From Candidatus Poribacteria bacterium (lineage in GTDB: Bacteria; Poribacteria; WGA-4E; WGA-3G), in the NCBI GenBank assembly GCA_965242965.1, contig OZ251518.1, positions 5,088,001-5,152,000 on the forward strand: a DNA stretch of 64,000 nucleotides, written 5' to 3'. The notes beneath the pieces are model-generated. The model was not told the DNA's origin. It searched no databases and was given only the letters and a program-made list of their open reading frames with translations. Position 1 is the first letter of the stretch. The number at the start of each line of letters is the position of its first letter. A program made the position numbers and the translations under genes. Shown here piece by piece: positions 59,403 through 64,000 of this stretch.

Positions 59403-60158
59403 CTACTCCACTTCGTTCAGGTGCCGGTCCAACCACTTCACGACATCTGCTGTCATGTGTAGAAGCGATTGATCTGAAAAAACGTGATCGGCGTTCATGA
59501 GTTGAACGAGCTCTACCCCTTCATTAGCGTGACGCAGGATGTCACGACTATCCTGAACCGGAACGACATCGTCTTCAAAACCGTGAACTAATAGCCACGG
59601 CACGGTAATGTCACTCGCGTGTGGGACAACGCTGTCAATCTCCGCCAAGTCACTCATATAGGCTTGGGAGAGCGGACAGTCAGGTTCGTCCCACATAAAG
59701 CCTTCGTCCGGTGTGACTTCGCCGAACTCGCGTTGCGCGAACGCTTGCGTATGCACCATCCCCGCTAACGAGACAAGGAATCGGATGCGTTCATCGGCGG
59801 CGGCGCGCAGCACACCGACAGCACCACCCATGCTATGCCCAATATAAGCGACGGTATACCCATCGAGCATGTCAAGCACGCTACCCAGGTCTGCTACCTC
59901 TTTAGTGATAGTGGAATCGGTGAATTCGCCTTCTGATTCTCCGTTACCAGAGAAGGAGAAGCGCAGCACAGAGATGCCTGCCTCGGCAAGATTCTCCGCT
60001 AAATGAACGAGGAAAGGTCTGTCTTTATTTCCGGTAACGCCGTGCCCGATGACGACGATTTGGTTGGTATCGTTTGCGTTACCCGTGTAACCCAAGTCGC
60101 CTTCGTGAAAGGAATAGTCAAGGCGCTCGCCGTGTTCGTTTCTAATTTCGCCAAACAT
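59403..60158 (-). CDS. Alpha/beta hydrolase
   Basis: HGVTG, FSGNGESEG, GHSMG, HGFEDDVV, ADHVF. Confidence 0.9.
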   Translation of the reverse strand: MFGEIRNEHGERLDYSFHEGDLGYTGNANDTNQIVVIGHGVTGNKDRPFLVHLAENLAEAGISVLRFSFSGNGESEGEFTDSTITKEVADLGSVLDMLDGYTVAYIGHSMGGAVGVLRAAADERIRFLVSLAGMVHTQAFAQREFGEVTPDEGFMWDEPDCPLSQAYMSDLAEIDSVVPHASDITVPWLLVHGFEDDVVPVQDSRDILRHANEGVELVQLMNADHVFSDQSLLHMTADVVKWLDRHLNEVE

Positions 60159-60228
60159 ATTTGTTGTATTCCAAATGAGAAAGATGGGACAGCACCAGTG
60201 CCGTCCCATCCATCGATTGCGCGCAAAA

Positions 60229-62526
60229 CTAATGTCCGTTGCTTTGCAGCGCAGTCACAACCTTTTCCGGTTTGATCGGCAGTTCGTTAACCCGAATACC
60301 GACAGCATCGCGGACAGCGTTCGCCATTGTCGCCAAAGTCGGCGTAATCGGCGGCTCCCCGACACCCTTGGCCCCGTAAGGACCATTCGGCGCGGGCACT
60401 TCAACGATGACTGACTCCACCGTCGGCAAATCGGCGGAGGTGGGAACGCGGTAATCGACAAAGCCGGGGTTGACGTTGCCGTTCTCGTTATACTGCATCT
60501 CCTCCATCATTGCCCAAGCATAGCCTTGCACCACGCCGCCCTCAATCTGCCCCTCAACCGTCATCGGATTAATCGCGAATCCGACATCTTGAGAAGCAAC
60601 AAGTTTGAGAACTCGCGTGCGGCCAGTTTCCGCATCTACCTCAACTTTCGCAATCTGTGCAGCGAGTGCCGGGGTGCTCGGCTGACGCGCAAAGGAGCCT
60701 TTCCCTACAACCGGACCGCCGGTGGTGGACAGACTATACGCTGCCAACTCGCCTAACGAAATAGACTTCGGCGGTTCGGCGGTGATAACATGCACAGCCC
60801 CTTCGCGGAGTTCTAAGTTATCCACGTTGGTATTGAGCCGTTCGGACGCGAGTTCCAAGATGCGTCGATGCGTATCTTCCGCCGCCAATTTCGCAGTGTT
60901 GCCCATCGTGAACGTCACGACGCTGCCCCCGGAACCCGTGGAATACGGCGCGGAATCGGTGTCGCCGCGCGTAATCGTCACGCTTTCGTAAGGCACCGTC
61001 AAGATTTCGGCGATAATCTGCGATATCGAGGTATCTGTCCCCGTGATGTCCATAGAACCGTGGAAAACTCGAACGCTTCCATCTTCATGGACAGAGACAT
61101 AAACACCGCCGGGTCCGCAGCCGTTTGTCCAATCGCCGACAGCCACGCCCCAGCCTTGGTTTTCGTCCTTCTCACGTTCCCACCAGCCTGCAGCATCGGC
61201 GACAGCCTCCAAAGTCTCCTTGTAACCCACTTTTGGTTCCTTGCCGCCAGCGGGGACTTCGTCGCCTTCTTCACGCATGTTCTTCAGCCGAAATTCAACT
61301 GTATCCATGCCGATGCGGCGCGCAATCTCGTCAAGCTGAGATTCGCCGGCAAAGATGGCTTGCGGCGCACCCGGTGCCCGATAGGCAGCCGTCCCAGATT
61401 TGTTCGTGTGAACACCGTAAGCATCTATCTTGAGGTTCGGAATCTTATAGACACCGCGCACCCGAATCGTGCTACCGATAGAGGCACCAGAGACAGAACC
61501 TGAATCCCAGAAAGCGAGTGCTTGGCGCGCGAGGATGCGGCCGTCGTTCGTCGCACCCGTTTTCAACTTGATAACGCAACCGGGTGCGGGCCTGCCATCA
61601 AGAAATTCCTCTTCGCGCGTCATCTGCACACGCACCGGACGGCCCGTCTTCTGCGAGAGCAACACGGCGGGAACGTGTGTAATAATCACACCAAAACGCC
61701 CCCCGAAACCGCCGCCCATCGTCGTGCCGATAACGTTCACCTGTGTGAGCGGAATGCCGAGGGTGCCCGCAATACCGGAACGGATAGCGAACGGTCCTTG
61801 CGTAGATGCCCACACCGTCACCTTGCCAGATGAATCCGCACTCGCGACAGAGACGTGCGGCTCCATGTAGGTTTGATGAACGCGGGGGACAACGTAGGTA
61901 TCCTCAACGACGACATCCGAGTCGGCAAACCCCTGTTCCACATCGCCTGCTTCGCTATGGCTTTCGGCAGAAATGTTGTAGTAAACTTCATCAGGATACT
62001 TCTCTAATTCTGCTTCCAGCGCGCGAATCTCGTCACCGTGGTCTGCCTCTTCGTCGCGCGAAAGTTTCCGAATTTGTGCAGCGATGCCGCGCCGGTTCGG
62101 GCCATCCTTCGTCGCGTCACCGTGCAAACGGGGTGCTGACGGTTTAATGGACTCCATGACATCCTGCACAACCGGCAGGACTTCGTATTCAATGTGAATG
62201 AGTTCAGCGGCCTCCTCGGCGATATCCGCATCCGTCGCGGCGACGGCGGCGAGGGGTTCACCGAGGTAAAGCACCTTATCCGTAGCGAAAACGCGACGGC
62301 CGCTTGGCACGTCTGCCTGCGTGATAATCGCCCGGACCCCGGGAAGTTTCTCCGCCTCGCTGGTATCAATACTCAGAATGTTGGCATGGGCATGCTTGCT
62401 ACGGACGATTTTGCCGTAGAGCATTCCCGCGGGGTGGACATCCGCGCCGTATTGCGCGGTACCTGTCACCTTTTCAATGGCATCGACCCGAGGCACTTTT
62501 TGGCCGACAACAGTATAATCTGACAT
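60229..62526 (-). CDS. Xanthine dehydrogenase family molybdopterin-binding (large) subunit
   Basis: RVDAIEKVTG, YMEP, GGGFGG, AYRAPG, EGQIEGG, KGVGEP. Confidence 0.93.
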   Translation of the reverse strand: MSDYTVVGQKVPRVDAIEKVTGTAQYGADVHPAGMLYGKIVRSKHAHANILSIDTSEAEKLPGVRAIITQADVPSGRRVFATDKVLYLGEPLAAVAATDADIAEEAAELIHIEYEVLPVVQDVMESIKPSAPRLHGDATKDGPNRRGIAAQIRKLSRDEEADHGDEIRALEAELEKYPDEVYYNISAESHSEAGDVEQGFADSDVVVEDTYVVPRVHQTYMEPHVSVASADSSGKVTVWASTQGPFAIRSGIAGTLGIPLTQVNVIGTTMGGGFGGRFGVIITHVPAVLLSQKTGRPVRVQMTREEEFLDGRPAPGCVIKLKTGATNDGRILARQALAFWDSGSVSGASIGSTIRVRGVYKIPNLKIDAYGVHTNKSGTAAYRAPGAPQAIFAGESQLDEIARRIGMDTVEFRLKNMREEGDEVPAGGKEPKVGYKETLEAVADAAGWWEREKDENQGWGVAVGDWTNGCGPGGVYVSVHEDGSVRVFHGSMDITGTDTSISQIIAEILTVPYESVTITRGDTDSAPYSTGSGGSVVTFTMGNTAKLAAEDTHRRILELASERLNTNVDNLELREGAVHVITAEPPKSISLGELAAYSLSTTGGPVVGKGSFARQPSTPALAAQIAKVEVDAETGRTRVLKLVASQDVGFAINPMTVEGQIEGGVVQGYAWAMMEEMQYNENGNVNPGFVDYRVPTSADLPTVESVIVEVPAPNGPYGAKGVGEPPITPTLATMANAVRDAVGIRVNELPIKPEKVVTALQSNGH

Positions 62527-62770
62527 GCATTTCTCCTATCAATTGCAATCTGAATGAAGTTTCAGGATTAAAACGGATAACGTGCCGCCACCGAAGGCTC
62601 AGTAGGAGCCCCCCGGTCTCAATGCAAGTGTAAGCAGGACAAGGATGTCCTTCCTACTGCAATTACCCGTTTATTTCTTTAGCACTTCATGCAGACTGCG
62701 GGAAGTGAACTGTAGGAGACAACTCTGCTCCCAATGCGTGCAGGAAGTCGCTCCTACCTTCCACAAAACA

Positions 62771-63001
62771 TTAAGTGCTTGCAACGAGTTGGTGGAGTTT
62801 ACCGCGCCCGATAGCAGTGTTGCATCGCTTGCAGACGTTCACGGTATCCTCACCGACTTCTCGGCTATAAAGCACTTTCACGCCGGTGCGCCCACAGACA
62901 GGGCAAGTGCCGCGGCCGTTATTATAGGTGCCGGGATGGGTGTTGCCCTTTGGATCGACGTAGAGGTGCTTTATGCCTTTTCCACGATGTGTTTTCGCCA
63001 T
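62771..63001 (-). CDS. Small basic zinc-ribbon protein (76 aa)
   Basis: GAGGAGG RBS; MAKTHRGKG; CPVC and CKRC. Confidence 0.75.
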   Translation of the reverse strand: MAKTHRGKGIKHLYVDPKGNTHPGTYNNGRGTCPVCGRTGVKVLYSREVGEDTVNVCKRCNTAIGRGKLHQLVAST

Positions 63002-63079
63002 TCTTCCTCCTCTTTTATGAGAGTCATTCGTAACTCAACTTGGTATAACATGGCGAGGGACAGGCCCCCGCCCTACGAA

Positions 63080-63559
63080 CTAAGCGGTTGCCTGAACTTC
63101 TTCGGCGGCTTGCATCACCGCTTCCAGAATCTTGGTATAGCCGGTGCATCGGCAGATGTTCCCACCGAGGTCGTGACGGAATTCTTCTTCCGTCCGATTT
63201 GGATTTTCATCAAGCAACGCCTTCGATGCCATGATGAAACCAGGGGTGCAGAACCCGCACTGGTAGCCGCCCGTATCAATAAACGCTTGTTGCAACGGAT
63301 GAAGTTCGCCATTGACAGCGAGGCCTTCAATCGTCGTAATCTCTTTGCCCGCGGCGGTAACGCCGAGAACCATGCACGACGTGACAGCTTTGCCATCAAC
63401 GATAACGGTGCATGCACCGCAGTCACCCGTGCTACATCCCTCTTTGGTGCCTGTCAACCCGGTCGTGTCGCGAAGCACCGCGAGCAGCGTTTTGCGCGGT
63501 TCAATGAGTAAATCGTAACCGTCGCCGTTGACGGTGAGAGTGACAGGAAGTTTTGTCAT
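63080..63559 (-). CDS. (2Fe-2S)-binding small subunit (CoxS/XdhC-like)
   Basis: GTKEGCSTGDCGACTV, QCGFCTPG, NICRCTGY. Confidence 0.95.
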   Translation of the reverse strand: MTKLPVTLTVNGDGYDLLIEPRKTLLAVLRDTTGLTGTKEGCSTGDCGACTVIVDGKAVTSCMVLGVTAAGKEITTIEGLAVNGELHPLQQAFIDTGGYQCGFCTPGFIMASKALLDENPNRTEEEFRHDLGGNICRCTGYTKILEAVMQAAEEVQATA

Positions 63560-63610
63560 ATTTTTCTCCTAAAATTGCGCCGGGACCGGAATGTCCCGCC
63601 GACAAAGTGC

Positions 63611-64000
63611 TTAAACTTGTGCCCTCGCGACAGCCTCTTGCACCGTGCGTCTCGTGAGGACATCTACCATCTCTCTGCGGTGTGCCGCGGAACAGCGTAA
63701 ATCGGATATCGGACTGCAGTTGGCAGCGGCGGCTTCACCCGCCTCAGCCAGAAGCGCGTCTGTGAGGGACTTGCCCGCCAACAATGCCTCGGCTTCCCTC
63801 GCGCGAATCGGTGTCGGCGCGACAGCGGCGAGGCCAATCCGCGCCCCGGTAATCGTGCCGTTATCCATATCCACGGCGGCGGCAACGCCGATAAACGCCA
63901 GATCCATCACTTCGCGGATTTTATGCTTGATATAGTGCGAACCGGAAGCTGGGCTCGGCAGCCGAAACCGCGTAATAATCTCACCCGCCTTTAAAACAGT
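63611..64000 (-). CDS. FAD-binding medium subunit (CoxM-like), 5' truncated by window
   Basis: ARIGLAAVAPTPIRA..PISDLRCSAAHRR. Confidence 0.9.
   Translation of the reverse strand, partial: TVLKAGEIITRFRLPSPASGSHYIKHKIREVMDLAFIGVAAAVDMDNGTITGARIGLAAVAPTPIRAREAEALLAGKSLTDALLAEAGEAAAANCSPISDLRCSAAHRREMVDVLTRRTVQEAVARAQV

Noticed and set aside
60229-64000. Aerobic CO dehydrogenase (coxMSL)
   Set aside because: Active-site loop is AYRAPG, not form I AYxCSFR or form II AYRGAGR

Overview
Bacterial chromosomal window of about 45 genes, mostly on the - strand, with no rRNA, tRNA or CRISPR seen. Gene content suggests Candidatus Poribacteria or a relative (inference): PhyH dioxygenase, several sugar-phosphate isomerase TIM barrels, Gfo/Idh/MocA oxidoreductases, FG-GAP and WD40 proteins, and a C-terminal NYPNPFNPETW domain. 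Recognisable genes include queG, pheA, UPF0182, a TolB/BamA-like protein, a PIG-L deacetylase, a GT9, a PEP-utilising enzyme, Fic, YfcE and a split molybdo-hydroxylase operon. Most intergenic spaces, and several genes, carry GTAG-footed REP-like hairpins. Best leads: (1) an exported caspase + pseudo-caspase + DUF4384 gene trio in which the lipoprotein paralog has both catalytic residues replaced by Arg; (2) an 81-aa DUF5069-like gene missed by the ORF track, with an in-frame UGA and a SECIS-like hairpin; (3) a type IIG-like restriction-modification gene split at a C10 tract, where C11 restores the frame; (4) in-frame REP insertions in enzymes; (5) a MITE with terminal inverted repeats and a target duplication, filled with REPs. 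All family names come from motif recognition, not database searches.
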